64,000 nucleotides of DNA, taken from the IMG/VR virus record IMGVR_UViG_3300024301_000013, positions 7,758 through 71,757 of that record. One strand, written 5' to 3'. Position 1 is the stretch's first letter; each line of letters begins with the position of its first letter. The DNA comes from a virus. Made by a program: the position numbers and the translations under genes. The notes beneath the pieces were generated by a model. That model saw nothing but the letters and a program-made list of their open reading frames with translations. It was not told the origin of the DNA and made no database searches. Shown piece by piece: positions 41,866 to 51,553 of the stretch.

Positions 41866-44349
41866 ATGAAACCTTTTTCACAAGTAGTAGTCGAAGTTGA
41901 AGATTCAATTTCTGAACTTGAAAAGATTGAATTGGAGAAAAGTATTAAGAGTGAATACGGCTCTAATTTAGAAGTTAAAATTAAAGGTCGAAAAATTAAA
42001 AACGAAGCCTTTGAAGATGGTAGAGTTAATGTGTTGAATAACAATTTAAAATCTGTTTACGAGAATTATTTGACGGAGAATTATCCAGATGTTAATTTGG
42101 ATTCTTTTTTTGAGTTGGACGGCGAAATATCAAATCTAATCCCAGATCAAAATGATGGAGCTAAACAATTCAGAGTAAAGCGATTTGCAGGTAAGAACAT
42201 CTTATCCTTTAATGAGTTTGAAGTAGAATTAGAGAATCGTGGTATTCTTAGGATTTTTTCTGAACCTCATAATATGGGTGGTAAATCCAATTTGATTAGG
42301 TCTTTGAAGATTCTTCTATTTGGTGAATTCTATCGCTCTAATCAGGAAAAAACAACCCTATCTACCATTGTTAATAGATTTTCTCCACTAAACATCGCTT
42401 ATGTTGAAGGAGAAATTGAAATTGAAAACAAAACCTATTTCATTAGAAGGGATTTTACAAGAAACAATAATAACAAGGTTTCCCAGCGGGTTACTATTTC
42501 TTGTGATGGTGTAATGATTGATGTTGCCCAGTTTGAGAAAATGATAGGTAAGATTAAGGATTTCTTATTTATCTCTTTCTTTGACAGTTTTTCCATTGAA
42601 AAATGGTTGAATACAAAGCCAACAGAACGCTACAGAATGTTCCTCAACTACTTTGGCTTGGGTAATATTGAAGAGAAAGCAAAGACAGCTAAAAAGCAAT
42701 ATGATATTTTCTTGAAAAATTCTATTGCGAAAAAGTATGAAGGTGTAGATATTGATTTTGAAATAGTATCTTTGAAAAATCAAATTAATACCTTAAAGCG
42801 TGAAAATGCAAATTATCAGCAAGATTTGAACGCAAAAGTATTAGCTAAAGATTCTTTGAAAGAAGAAATTAAAAAGCTAAGTAATCTTCTTAAAGGTGTT
42901 CCAGATTCTTTGTTAGGTGAAACACCTGAATCCTTGGAGGGCTTGATTAAACAGAATAAAGCAACAATAGAAACGAACGAGAAAACTATTATAAACCTTG
43001 AGAACTCTATTGCTGTTATTAATTCAACTAGCGAGGAGTTAAATGCTAAAATAGCTGATCTTCAAAATGAAATTTCTAAAGTTGAAGCTGATAAATCTTT
43101 GTTGGATGACTTACAATTGCAGAACTACATGTTGTCTAATTATGTTGTTCCTGCTACTCGTCTAAGTGAAAAGGCTTCTATAGAGAAAGAAATAGACAAT
43201 CTAAGAACTGAATATATTAGTATCACATCAGATAAAAAGAATAAGGAAGAGTTATTGGAAAACACACCTGACACAGTAGTTTGTAATTTATGTAATGGTG
43301 TTAGTGATAATAAGAAAAAGAAAGCTGAAATCACAGAACAAATTGCGGCCTTAATTGCTAAAGCTGAAGATGTAAAACAAAAAGGCATACAAGCTAAAAA
43401 CAATTTGACTGCTTTAGAGAATAATATTAAAGGTGAAGAAATTGATTATAAGAAGGAGATTAATAAAAAAATTGAAGAGTTAAACACAAAAATTAGAGAG
43501 AATAAAAGCGGAAAGATTGAAAAGATTAAATCTGAAATTTTAGTGTTTCAAAATGATTTATCTAAAATCTTAAACAACGAAAAAATAAAGGCTAATATCA
43601 GAATGATTAAGAGCGAAATAAATAGCCTTGTTACTAGGAATTCAGAGTTAGAGGAACGGTTGAAAAATATTAGCTTGTTTACCAACGATTTAGAAACAAA
43701 TAAAAAAACTAATGAACAAATATCAATTAAGGAATTAGAAATTGAAGACATTCAAAATGAAATTAACAATTTTAATGTTAAGATTTCAATTAATAATGAT
43801 TCTCTTTCAAAATTTCAAGAGCAGATTGATTTCTATTTGGAAAATAAAGATTTAATTTCTGATGAATTAAGTAAAGACAAGAACTATAAGATTTACATTG
43901 ATGTTCATAGTAAAGGTGGTTTGGCAATGAAAATTTTGAGGGATTTAGCTGACGATATTAATCAGGACTTGAGAGCTGTACTTTCTGAAGATGACTTTTC
44001 GCCGTCCATCAAAATCGAAGATGATGCAATTGAATTCTATTTTGAAAGAAACGGTATAGAGTTCAATATGTCTGAAGGTAGCGGTTATGAAAAAACAGTT
44101 CTTCTATTAGCACTTCACTATCTATTGCTTTCAAAAATGGTTGTGCCTATCTCAAATATATTCATCCTAGATGAGGTGTTTGTAGCAGTTGCATCACCTT
44201 TCTTACCTAGAGTATATCGAGTAGTAGAGAAATTATTAAACATCTTTGAAACAGTAGCTCTTATAACCCATAACGAAGAAGTTGCTGAATGGTGTAACGA
44301 TAACATTAAAATCATTAAAAATAATAATATTTCAAAAATAGTAGGATAA
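41866..44349 (+). CDS. sbcC: Rad50/SbcC ATPase (gp46-like)
   Basis: Walker A HNMGGKS, coiled coil with CNLC zinc hook, signature SGYE, Walker B FILDE, ITH. Confidence 0.9.
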   Translation: MKPFSQVVVEVEDSISELEKIELEKSIKSEYGSNLEVKIKGRKIKNEAFEDGRVNVLNNNLKSVYENYLTENYPDVNLDSFFELDGEISNLIPDQNDGAKQFRVKRFAGKNILSFNEFEVELENRGILRIFSEPHNMGGKSNLIRSLKILLFGEFYRSNQEKTTLSTIVNRFSPLNIAYVEGEIEIENKTYFIRRDFTRNNNNKVSQRVTISCDGVMIDVAQFEKMIGKIKDFLFISFFDSFSIEKWLNTKPTERYRMFLNYFGLGNIEEKAKTAKKQYDIFLKNSIAKKYEGVDIDFEIVSLKNQINTLKRENANYQQDLNAKVLAKDSLKEEIKKLSNLLKGVPDSLLGETPESLEGLIKQNKATIETNEKTIINLENSIAVINSTSEELNAKIADLQNEISKVEADKSLLDDLQLQNYMLSNYVVPATRLSEKASIEKEIDNLRTEYISITSDKKNKEELLENTPDTVVCNLCNGVSDNKKKKAEITEQIAALIAKAEDVKQKGIQAKNNLTALENNIKGEEIDYKKEINKKIEELNTKIRENKSGKIEKIKSEILVFQNDLSKILNNEKIKANIRMIKSEINSLVTRNSELEERLKNISLFTNDLETNKKTNEQISIKELEIEDIQNEINNFNVKISINNDSLSKFQEQIDFYLENKDLISDELSKDKNYKIYIDVHSKGGLAMKILRDLADDINQDLRAVLSEDDFSPSIKIEDDAIEFYFERNGIEFNMSEGSGYEKTVLLLALHYLLLSKMVVPISNIFILDEVFVAVASPFLPRVYRVVEKLLNIFETVALITHNEEVAEWCNDNIKIIKNNNISKIVG

Positions 44350-45575
44350 TGGCTAACGCAGAAGAATTTACAGGATTTGTAGAGAACAACACTTTTTGGA
44401 CTCAAATTGTCACAAAAAAAGCTAGAAGGTTAAAGAGAGAGAATATTGAAAATCCCTTTCTTTCTCATGATGAAAAATCAAGATTGTTCCTTGATTGGAA
44501 AGACAACGGAAATGTGAAGAGTAGGGATAAATTATTAGATACACTTTATCCCTTAGCATTACAATTAGTCAATAAGTTAATCTTAAAGACAGGTAGTAAT
44601 AAAGTAGATGTTAAAGACTTACAGCAAGAGGCAAATTTGGCGTTAGTTCACGTTTTAGAGGAATCAGATTATAACCCTAGCTTAGGTACTTTACCTACAT
44701 ACTTTAGAAGTAGATTACCTATGTATTTTTATCGAGCGTTAAAGGATTATGGGAATTTCATAAGAATTCCAGACAATATCTTGAAAGACTTATCAGCTGA
44801 ATCAAAAGCCTTTGATCAGTTTGTTAAAGAAAACGGTAGATATCCTGAAGTAGGGGAAGTGATACACTACAATAAAAAAGAGTTTATATTTGGAGAAAAA
44901 AATAGAATAAACCAAGTTTTCTCTGGGAATAATACTGTAGGTGAAGATGGAGAAGAAACGATTGAGTATTTTGATTTAATCGGTGGAGATGAAGAAATTA
45001 ACTTTGACTTTGTTAATCAAAACGATGTATTAAATCAAGTTGTCAATTCTTTAAGCAAAAGAGAAAGAGAAATAGTTTATTATACCTTTTACACAAATAT
45101 TGATATATCAGAGATTATATATTTGTTGAAACCGTATAATCAGCAAGACAAAAAAAGGTTATATAAAAGAGCTGAAAATCTTTTGAAGATAGAAACTGAC
45201 ACTGGTACATTTACTTATAGATTTTTTGTACACAGATATGCAAAGAATAAAAAGTTAACTGAAATAGAAACAGATGTTATTAGACCTATTTCTCATACAT
45301 TCGTCGAAAATCATCAAACAAATGATACAGTTGAAGTAATTTTTGGGGCTAAAAATGTAAAAGCTGTCTATTTAGGTAATAAGGATATAACTGGAGAGTT
45401 GCAATTAATAGAGAACGAAAGTTTCAATAATTTAAGAACACAAGATAATCTGTATAAAATAAAAACAGAGTTAAAAGTAGGTACGGTTTATAGCTTTCAA
45501 ACATATAACAAATTAATTAAAGTAATTAAAGACAAAATCAGAAAAAAAATTGTAAAGTATGAAATTTTTAAATGA
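44349..45575 (+). CDS. Sigma70-family factor with insertion in region 4
   Basis: Region 2 DLQQEANLAL..YNPSLG.L.TY..IRIP; region 3 GRYP; region 4 LSKREREIV. Confidence 0.78.
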   Translation: MANAEEFTGFVENNTFWTQIVTKKARRLKRENIENPFLSHDEKSRLFLDWKDNGNVKSRDKLLDTLYPLALQLVNKLILKTGSNKVDVKDLQQEANLALVHVLEESDYNPSLGTLPTYFRSRLPMYFYRALKDYGNFIRIPDNILKDLSAESKAFDQFVKENGRYPEVGEVIHYNKKEFIFGEKNRINQVFSGNNTVGEDGEETIEYFDLIGGDEEINFDFVNQNDVLNQVVNSLSKREREIVYYTFYTNIDISEIIYLLKPYNQQDKKRLYKRAENLLKIETDTGTFTYRFFVHRYAKNKKLTEIETDVIRPISHTFVENHQTNDTVEVIFGAKNVKAVYLGNKDITGELQLIENESFNNLRTQDNLYKIKTELKVGTVYSFQTYNKLIKVIKDKIRKKIVKYEIFK

Positions 45576-45834
45576 ACATTTTAAACTCATCAGCTTGTCT
45601 TTACAAGCACTTATTCTTTTACTTGTATTCAGTGTAAAAGTAAATTCTTGTCAACTATCAAATGACATGAGAACAACTAAGAAGAATACAAAAACATTGA
45701 ATGAAAGTATCATTACTAGGGAAGATCTTGAGCAACAAACAAAAGATATGTTGATTAAGGAAAAAGAATTGGATAAAGTTAAAGATATCCATTCTTATCT
45801 TAACGGCACTGATACTACAAAAACAAAAAAATAA
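45559..45834 (+). CDS. Small membrane-anchored protein
   Basis: N-terminal TM helix plus coiled coil. Confidence 0.55.
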   Translation: MKFLNEHFKLISLSLQALILLLVFSVKVNSCQLSNDMRTTKKNTKTLNESIITREDLEQQTKDMLIKEKELDKVKDIHSYLNGTDTTKTKK

Positions 45835-45839
45835 TATAG

Positions 45840-46919
45840 ATGCAAAATTTTTTATCTTTTTTCAAAAGCATAAAAAGTGAATTTGAAGAGAATCATAAAG
45901 TTGCGGACTTTATATTCACAGTCATCATCTTATTTGTTAGCTTAACGTCCTTTTTTCACGTAATGGAATATTGGACGTTAACCAACAAAGCCCCTTTTTA
46001 TGTTATCACAGCTATTGCAACTGAACTTTTCATTTTGGGTTCTATGTTGGCAATTAGATACACTAGTGTAGCTTGGATCCCCTTCATATTTGGCATATTC
46101 GTTCAAGGTATAGGTAACGTATTTTACAGTTATATTAATATTCAGGTAGATTCAGTTTACTTCTTAGCTTTTCAGGAATTGTTTAAGCCAATGTTTGAAA
46201 TAGCTTATGGGGATGAACTTGAATTAGCGAATTACAAAAGGGTACTTGCATATTCAAACGGTTTATTTTATTTGAGTCCGATTGTGTTTCTTTGGGCAAA
46301 ACTTTCTTTGAAAAGTCAAACTAAGAAATTAAATTTAAAAACTCTGAATGATTTACCTATTGAAAAGAGCGGAGGTGATACACCCCCTGAACCAGATGAT
46401 TTAGGGGATATAAAGCCACTTAAATCTAAGGAGCAAGAAGAACCTCTAGCAGAAGAAGTTTCGCCGTCCACCCAACCATCACAACAAATAGATGTAAAAG
46501 AAGTACAGGTAGAAACTAATGAAATAGTAGAAGAAGTTCTTAAGGAAGAAGAACAAGCTATTAAGGAAGTAGAACAAGTTGTTGAGAAAGAAGCAGAAGA
46601 AGTTATTAAGGAAGAAAAAGAAATTATTAAGGAAGAAGAAGAGCAAGAAGAAAAAATACAAAACACTCCAACAAAAAGAGTTTTTAGTTTTAACCCTGCT
46701 ACTCCTCCATTAATTGAAAAAAAAAAGTTAGAACAAAAACCAGACAAAGATGATGGTATTCAAATTTGGACTAACATTTTACACGAAGTAGCTAGAGATA
46801 ATGATTATGAGCAAGATAATGAAAAGGTCTTAAAAGTTAGAGAAGTAAAGCGCCCAGTTGGTAATGTGAAAATTACAGACAAATTTACTATTGCAGGTTT
46901 AAAACCTGAAAACAAATAA
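45840..46919 (+). CDS. Multi-TM membrane protein with Glu-rich tail
   Basis: About four hydrophobic segments, then low-complexity EEVxKEE repeats. Confidence 0.65.
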   Translation: MQNFLSFFKSIKSEFEENHKVADFIFTVIILFVSLTSFFHVMEYWTLTNKAPFYVITAIATELFILGSMLAIRYTSVAWIPFIFGIFVQGIGNVFYSYINIQVDSVYFLAFQELFKPMFEIAYGDELELANYKRVLAYSNGLFYLSPIVFLWAKLSLKSQTKKLNLKTLNDLPIEKSGGDTPPEPDDLGDIKPLKSKEQEEPLAEEVSPSTQPSQQIDVKEVQVETNEIVEEVLKEEEQAIKEVEQVVEKEAEEVIKEEKEIIKEEEEQEEKIQNTPTKRVFSFNPATPPLIEKKKLEQKPDKDDGIQIWTNILHEVARDNDYEQDNEKVLKVREVKRPVGNVKITDKFTIAGLKPENK

Positions 46920-46922
46920 AAA

Positions 46923-46958
46923 ATATCGCTAACAGCTGAAATATGTTGTTAGCGATAT
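46923..46958 (+). terminator. Hairpin, possible terminator
   Basis: ATATCGCTAACA...TGTTAGCGATAT inverted repeat after stop. Confidence 0.6.
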
Positions 46959-46982
46959 ATTTATATAATAAATTAAAAATCT

Positions 46983-47399
46983 ATGTTAGATAGTGTATCT
47001 AGGAATATATTGAATAGTATAAGAAACGGCTTGTTGCTTGAACAAGAAGAAGAAGTTACTGAAAAAACAAGTGACGAAAAACAAACCTTAAAAAGTGGTG
47101 ATGAGCAATACGATACTTTCAAACAAGAGTTATCTTCTAAGTTACTTAACACACCTTTAAAAATAGAATATTTTAATTTCACTAAAGATTCAGATAAAAA
47201 CCTTACTATTGTTGAAGTAGCAGGTACAATTGAAGAATCTATAAATTTCGTTTACAAGTACGGTGGTGGCTCTGGTGTATTTATTAGTGCTAGCAACTTT
47301 GAAATGAAAGAAAATACAGCAGAATCTTTAAGAGTGTTATATGTATATTATAATACTGGATTCCAAAAAATTTGCAAAAACTTATCTGAAGGAAAATAA
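46983..47399 (+). CDS. Hypothetical protein
   Basis: ORF track. Confidence 0.65.
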   Translation: MLDSVSRNILNSIRNGLLLEQEEEVTEKTSDEKQTLKSGDEQYDTFKQELSSKLLNTPLKIEYFNFTKDSDKNLTIVEVAGTIEESINFVYKYGGGSGVFISASNFEMKENTAESLRVLYVYYNTGFQKICKNLSEGK

Positions 47400-47400
47400 A

Positions 47401-48822
47401 ATGAATAAGAAACAATTAAATAGAGTTACGTTTATTGGAGAGAGTAAGATGGTGGTGGACGGCGAACATACAGTATCAGTTGAAAGAAATGCAGCTGGTA
47501 AGACATACGTCTATGAAAAGAAAGATGGATCAAAGAGAAAATTCGATGATGAAAATCTCCTCTTTGATTACCTAGATGAAATGACAAGCACAGGAAGTGT
47601 TGGTGGAGGTATGGAATTACCATTAGCTACCCCAAAAAACAAAGGTGCTTTTATGCGTAGAACAATCAGCCCTTATACTGATGTTGTTGATGTAAACGAC
47701 TTGGAACTTATGAGTGAAGAGTTAAAAAAGCTGACTACAGAGCTTTTGAAAGAAGAAGCTAAAGCACACCCTAACTATAACCTTATCGAACGTTATAGAA
47801 AGACAAACGGTGAAGGTAGTAAGAAGAACGTCAAAGAAGTTGAAGATAAAATTAATATTGTTTATCAAGATATACTTAAAGCAGCAGAACCTAATTACTA
47901 CAATGATAATAACGATTATAATGGTGATGGTATACCGAATCAATTTAAAGAAAATAACACTAATTTAGATTTGATGTATGACGGTATTACTGATGAGTTT
48001 AAAGAAAGAATTACAAAAGAACTTTCAAAAGATCCAACTGGTGTTAAGTTAATGCAAGCCGCATTGGCGAAAGCAAAAGTTAAAGAACAGAATCCAACAA
48101 ATACCAATTTATTCCAATTAGGTTCAGATATTGAAACTCTAAAAGTAGGTATCAAGGATGCAGATGTAATTAAAAACCCTAAAGGACACGCTAGACATGG
48201 TGTAGCAGCTCTTGGATTTAAAATAAATGAAGGTAAAATGGTAAGATTTAACTTTAATTCAGAAAAATACGATTTTGAACATAATAAAAAACAATTGGAA
48301 GAGTCTATTCCAAACAAAGTAAAAAACGAAGGTACTCGTTTTGAAATGAAAGATAGCAAAGGTAATTTGTATCTGCTTGAATGGAACAACGGTGAACCAA
48401 CAATCCTTGAACATAGAAACTTGATTGCTGAAGAAAAAGCCAATCAAAAATTGAATATGTTATTTGAATATAAGAATTGGGATAAACCTGTAAAATCTAA
48501 AAAAATAGAATTTGATTTCTTCACGAAAAAATCTTTAAATGAAGAAGTTGAAGAGGATGATATGGTTGAATACTTGGTTCCAGAATGGTCTTTGTCTGCT
48601 CTAGTAAATGGTGATTTCTCTGGATTGTCTGATGAAGATGAAGCTAAAATTGAAAAGTTTATAAAAGAAGTAACTAGCCATTATGGTAATGCACATTTCA
48701 TGGTAGGTGATTTGGAAGGCGAAGATAACTTAGGTTTCAAATATAGAAACGATATTGATAATCTAGGGAGCAATGTTTATAGATTGTATATCAAACCTCT
48801 GAAATCGAAAATGGAACAATAA
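47401..48822 (+). CDS. Hypothetical multi-module protein, possibly head-internal
   Basis: Start ATG 47401; several L/I-x-E sites between modules. Confidence 0.65.
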   Translation: MNKKQLNRVTFIGESKMVVDGEHTVSVERNAAGKTYVYEKKDGSKRKFDDENLLFDYLDEMTSTGSVGGGMELPLATPKNKGAFMRRTISPYTDVVDVNDLELMSEELKKLTTELLKEEAKAHPNYNLIERYRKTNGEGSKKNVKEVEDKINIVYQDILKAAEPNYYNDNNDYNGDGIPNQFKENNTNLDLMYDGITDEFKERITKELSKDPTGVKLMQAALAKAKVKEQNPTNTNLFQLGSDIETLKVGIKDADVIKNPKGHARHGVAALGFKINEGKMVRFNFNSEKYDFEHNKKQLEESIPNKVKNEGTRFEMKDSKGNLYLLEWNNGEPTILEHRNLIAEEKANQKLNMLFEYKNWDKPVKSKKIEFDFFTKKSLNEEVEEDDMVEYLVPEWSLSALVNGDFSGLSDEDEAKIEKFIKEVTSHYGNAHFMVGDLEGEDNLGFKYRNDIDNLGSNVYRLYIKPLKSKMEQ

Positions 48823-48844
48823 ATTTTAAACCTCTTTAAATAAA

Positions 48845-49105
48845 ATGAAAATACAATCTTATAATAGCAACCGATATATCCACGTTACAGAAGGTAGAAA
48901 TGTAGACTTCTGGTGGGATAATTTATTACAGCAAATCGTACAGAGAAACGTTATTCAACAAATGGTATTAGTTGAAGATGGTTTGCAATTAGAATGTGCA
49001 ACTGTTTGTGTAGGAAGCCCTATAAACTGTTGTGATGACAATTTATTGGCAAACAACCTCGACTGTTTGTTCTCAAACGATTATGTTTGCTTGACCTCAA
49101 ACTAA
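48845..49105 (+). CDS. Hypothetical Cys-rich protein
   Basis: ORF track. Confidence 0.55.
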   Translation: MKIQSYNSNRYIHVTEGRNVDFWWDNLLQQIVQRNVIQQMVLVEDGLQLECATVCVGSPINCCDDNLLANNLDCLFSNDYVCLTSN

Positions 49106-49118
49106 AAACAGTTAAATA

Positions 49119-49535
49119 TTATTTTTGATTATCCGTTAGGATTTGCTTTGCAATTTCTAACGGATTTTCTATTATTAATTCGTTTTTTAATTCGATTTGG
49201 GTTGTCTTGGCATCAAGATTAGAAATCAACAAATGAATGATCCAATTAATACCTGAAGAAAAGCTACCATGAATCAAAAACAAAAAAGCAACTTTAACGT
49301 TTGTATTTTGAATAAAAAAATCACTTAAATCTGATATTTGTAGTATAGGGAAAAAGAGAGAGATAAATAAACCAACCCAAAACCCCATGCAAGTAGGACA
49401 GGTAACTAGAACACCCCAGAAATCAGGAGAGTAGTTTGTAACTTTATTTCTTATTCTCTCGAATATAGTAGTCCCTGTAATTATATGTGTCATTCCAATA
49501 GAAGACATTATCCAAAATAGAATAGTAAAAATCAT
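49119..49535 (-). CDS. DUF1360-like membrane protein
   Basis: IFERIR..LVTCPTCMGFWVG with TM helices; start ATG 49535. Confidence 0.65.
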   Translation of the reverse strand: MIFTILFWIMSSIGMTHIITGTTIFERIRNKVTNYSPDFWGVLVTCPTCMGFWVGLFISLFFPILQISDLSDFFIQNTNVKVAFLFLIHGSFSSGINWIIHLLISNLDAKTTQIELKNELIIENPLEIAKQILTDNQK

Positions 49536-49545
49536 AGTTAATATT

Positions 49546-49776
49546 ATGTTAGATAACAAATATAAGGAACTTGAAGAACAATTAGCAAGTGTAGAGGAAG
49601 ATGTTAAATCAAACGCATCCATACTAGAAGTTCAAAAGAAAAAAGATTTTCAAGAACTTATAAAATACAGAGATGAAATTAAAACTAAAAAAAGACACCA
49701 TAAGGTATCTTTTAGTGGTTACGGATATAAAATAAAAATGTTTTTTTGGAGGATCCTGTGGTGGTTGTATAATTAA
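49546..49776 (+). CDS. Hypothetical protein
   Basis: ORF track. Confidence 0.5.
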   Translation: MLDNKYKELEEQLASVEEDVKSNASILEVQKKKDFQELIKYRDEIKTKKRHHKVSFSGYGYKIKMFFWRILWWLYN

Positions 49777-50384
49777 TGTCTTGTTTTATTCCTTCTAAAT
49801 TGGAAATGAGATAACCCAGTTAGTTTAACTAGCTTGTCTATTAACTCTCTTTTTATTTCTGTTGGAGTATCAGGTACTTTACCTAAGAATAGAAAGGAGA
49901 TTATTTTTCTGGATTTAAAGGCTGAATTGAGGTAAGTATATAGTCTTTTACACTCATATAAATTTTTAGTTAATATACATTCAATTTTATCACCTGATTC
50001 AAATACAATTTTATTTTTAAACATTCTAACTGTTGTAAAATGTTCGTAGAATTGTGGAACGATTTGTTCGAATATTTCTGCTACAGTTAATCTTTTTTTT
50101 GATCCGTAAAGATAGAATTTTTCTTCTACCAAATATTCTTCTTGTTTAAGGATTTCCTTGTTGCCATTTTTATCTTCCTTAATCAAAACTAAAAAATATC
50201 TTTCTAAGGTAACATCTACTTTGTTAGATTTATATCTTAACTGATATATTGTGTTTTTTTTATTTTCTTCTATTTCTTCTTTAAAAAAATTCAAAGTTTC
50301 CCTATATTTGCCTGAAACAAATAACGGCCTCTTTTTCAATCTGTTATTAACAGTTTTATACACACTAAATACAAAATTACTCAT
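49773..50384 (-). CDS. Hypothetical basic protein
   Basis: 203-aa ORF. Confidence 0.65.
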   Translation of the reverse strand: MSNFVFSVYKTVNNRLKKRPLFVSGKYRETLNFFKEEIEENKKNTIYQLRYKSNKVDVTLERYFLVLIKEDKNGNKEILKQEEYLVEEKFYLYGSKKRLTVAEIFEQIVPQFYEHFTTVRMFKNKIVFESGDKIECILTKNLYECKRLYTYLNSAFKSRKIISFLFLGKVPDTPTEIKRELIDKLVKLTGLSHFQFRRNKTRH

Positions 50385-50407
50385 AACTTAAATTTAATTA
50401 TAACTAT

Positions 50408-50704
50408 ATGCAATGGATAAAAAAAATATTGGAAACTAATCCTAAAAATAGAAAAAAGCACGTGATCAGAGGGATAGCTTTAATTGGAGAAAAATACTAC
50501 TATTTGGATTATATTGTTTTCACTGGGTTTAATTGGTGGGCGGCACTTGAAGTTGAAAATATTGATAATTATGACGTTAATAAATTAAAAAAACAAAAAT
50601 GTGAATTATTTTATGAATCAAATGAAAATAAGTTCGTATCTTTGCAGCAGTTACCAGAAAATATACTGAATAACTTTATAAATTATAAAAACGTCGAACT
50701 TTAA
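50408..50704 (+). CDS. Hypothetical protein
   Basis: ORF track. Confidence 0.5.
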   Translation: MQWIKKILETNPKNRKKHVIRGIALIGEKYYYLDYIVFTGFNWWAALEVENIDNYDVNKLKKQKCELFYESNENKFVSLQQLPENILNNFINYKNVEL

Positions 50705-50723
50705 CAATTAAAATTTTCAAATT

Positions 50724-51203
50724 ATGGAATTAACAAAAGTATCCGAATTCACTGAAGCACTATTCGAAAACCGTTTTGGGAAAACCTCTCTTCACCAAGT
50801 TTGTACGTATTCATTGCTACATAACCCAAAGATGAAATTTAATCCAACTGGATTATGTGGTAAAGTTTACAAAACAAGTGAAATTGTAAAACAAGCTGCT
50901 TATGAAACGAATTCAAAAGTACCTGACTTTATTGTTGTAATTAATGATGATATATTCAATATGATTCAAGATCAAGAATTGCAAGAAATTGTCATTGACA
51001 AATTGTTTGCTCAAATGAGCTTCGATTTTGAAAAAGATACAACAGAAATAGTTAAACCTAATGTTCAGGAATTTAGTGGTATTTTGCTGAAGTATGAATT
51101 TAGCAAGCTAGAGGCTTTGAACTTGCACGTTGAAGGTTTATATGAGGCGCTTGATGAAATGAATGCAGCTCCTAAAAAGAAAGTAAAAATGTCAAGTAAT
51201 TAA
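50724..51203 (+). CDS. Phage metallopeptidase-like protein lacking HExxH
   Basis: GKVYK, PDFIVVIN, IVKPNVQEFSGIL.KY layout; IDKLFAQ where IDHELxH is expected. Confidence 0.5.
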   Translation: MELTKVSEFTEALFENRFGKTSLHQVCTYSLLHNPKMKFNPTGLCGKVYKTSEIVKQAAYETNSKVPDFIVVINDDIFNMIQDQELQEIVIDKLFAQMSFDFEKDTTEIVKPNVQEFSGILLKYEFSKLEALNLHVEGLYEALDEMNAAPKKKVKMSSN

Positions 51204-51206
51204 ATT

Positions 51207-51245
51207 AGAAAACGGAAAGCAAAACTATTTGCTTTCCGTTTCTTT
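51207..51245. terminator. Bidirectional terminator
   Basis: AAACGGAAAGCAAA-acta-TTTGCTTTCCGTTT between convergent genes. Confidence 0.85.
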
Positions 51246-51406
51246 TACCTTGTGGCATTCGCAATTCTGCGTCTTAGTTCAGCCAAAAGTTCCTCTCTTG
51301 TTTTTTTAACATTATTGTTAGATGCACTAACTGTATTATTAGCTACAAAAGATTTTTGGTTGTTATTCAAGGATTTTATATTTTTGTTTTTATTACAGCT
51401 ACACAT
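51245..51406 (-). CDS. Small protein (MCSCNKNK...)
   Basis: ATG 51406 preceded by ATATTTAT on the minus strand; ends at terminator. Confidence 0.5.
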   Translation of the reverse strand: MCSCNKNKNIKSLNNNQKSFVANNTVSASNNNVKKTREELLAELRRRIANATR

Positions 51407-51553
51407 AATCTTATGTTTTTTATATAAATATAATAAAACCTTAAAAAAACAGCAAATGTCATTTTGTCTTAATAAATTTATAAATTTGGAAAAAATGTCA
51501 GAAAAATAATATTGGAACAAGAATTGATGATTTATTTAAAAAAATAAAGACTT

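Noticed and set aside
46316-46747. Antisense ORFs and GAA-rich repeats
   Set aside because: Shadow of the Glu-rich low-complexity tail of the 45840 gene.
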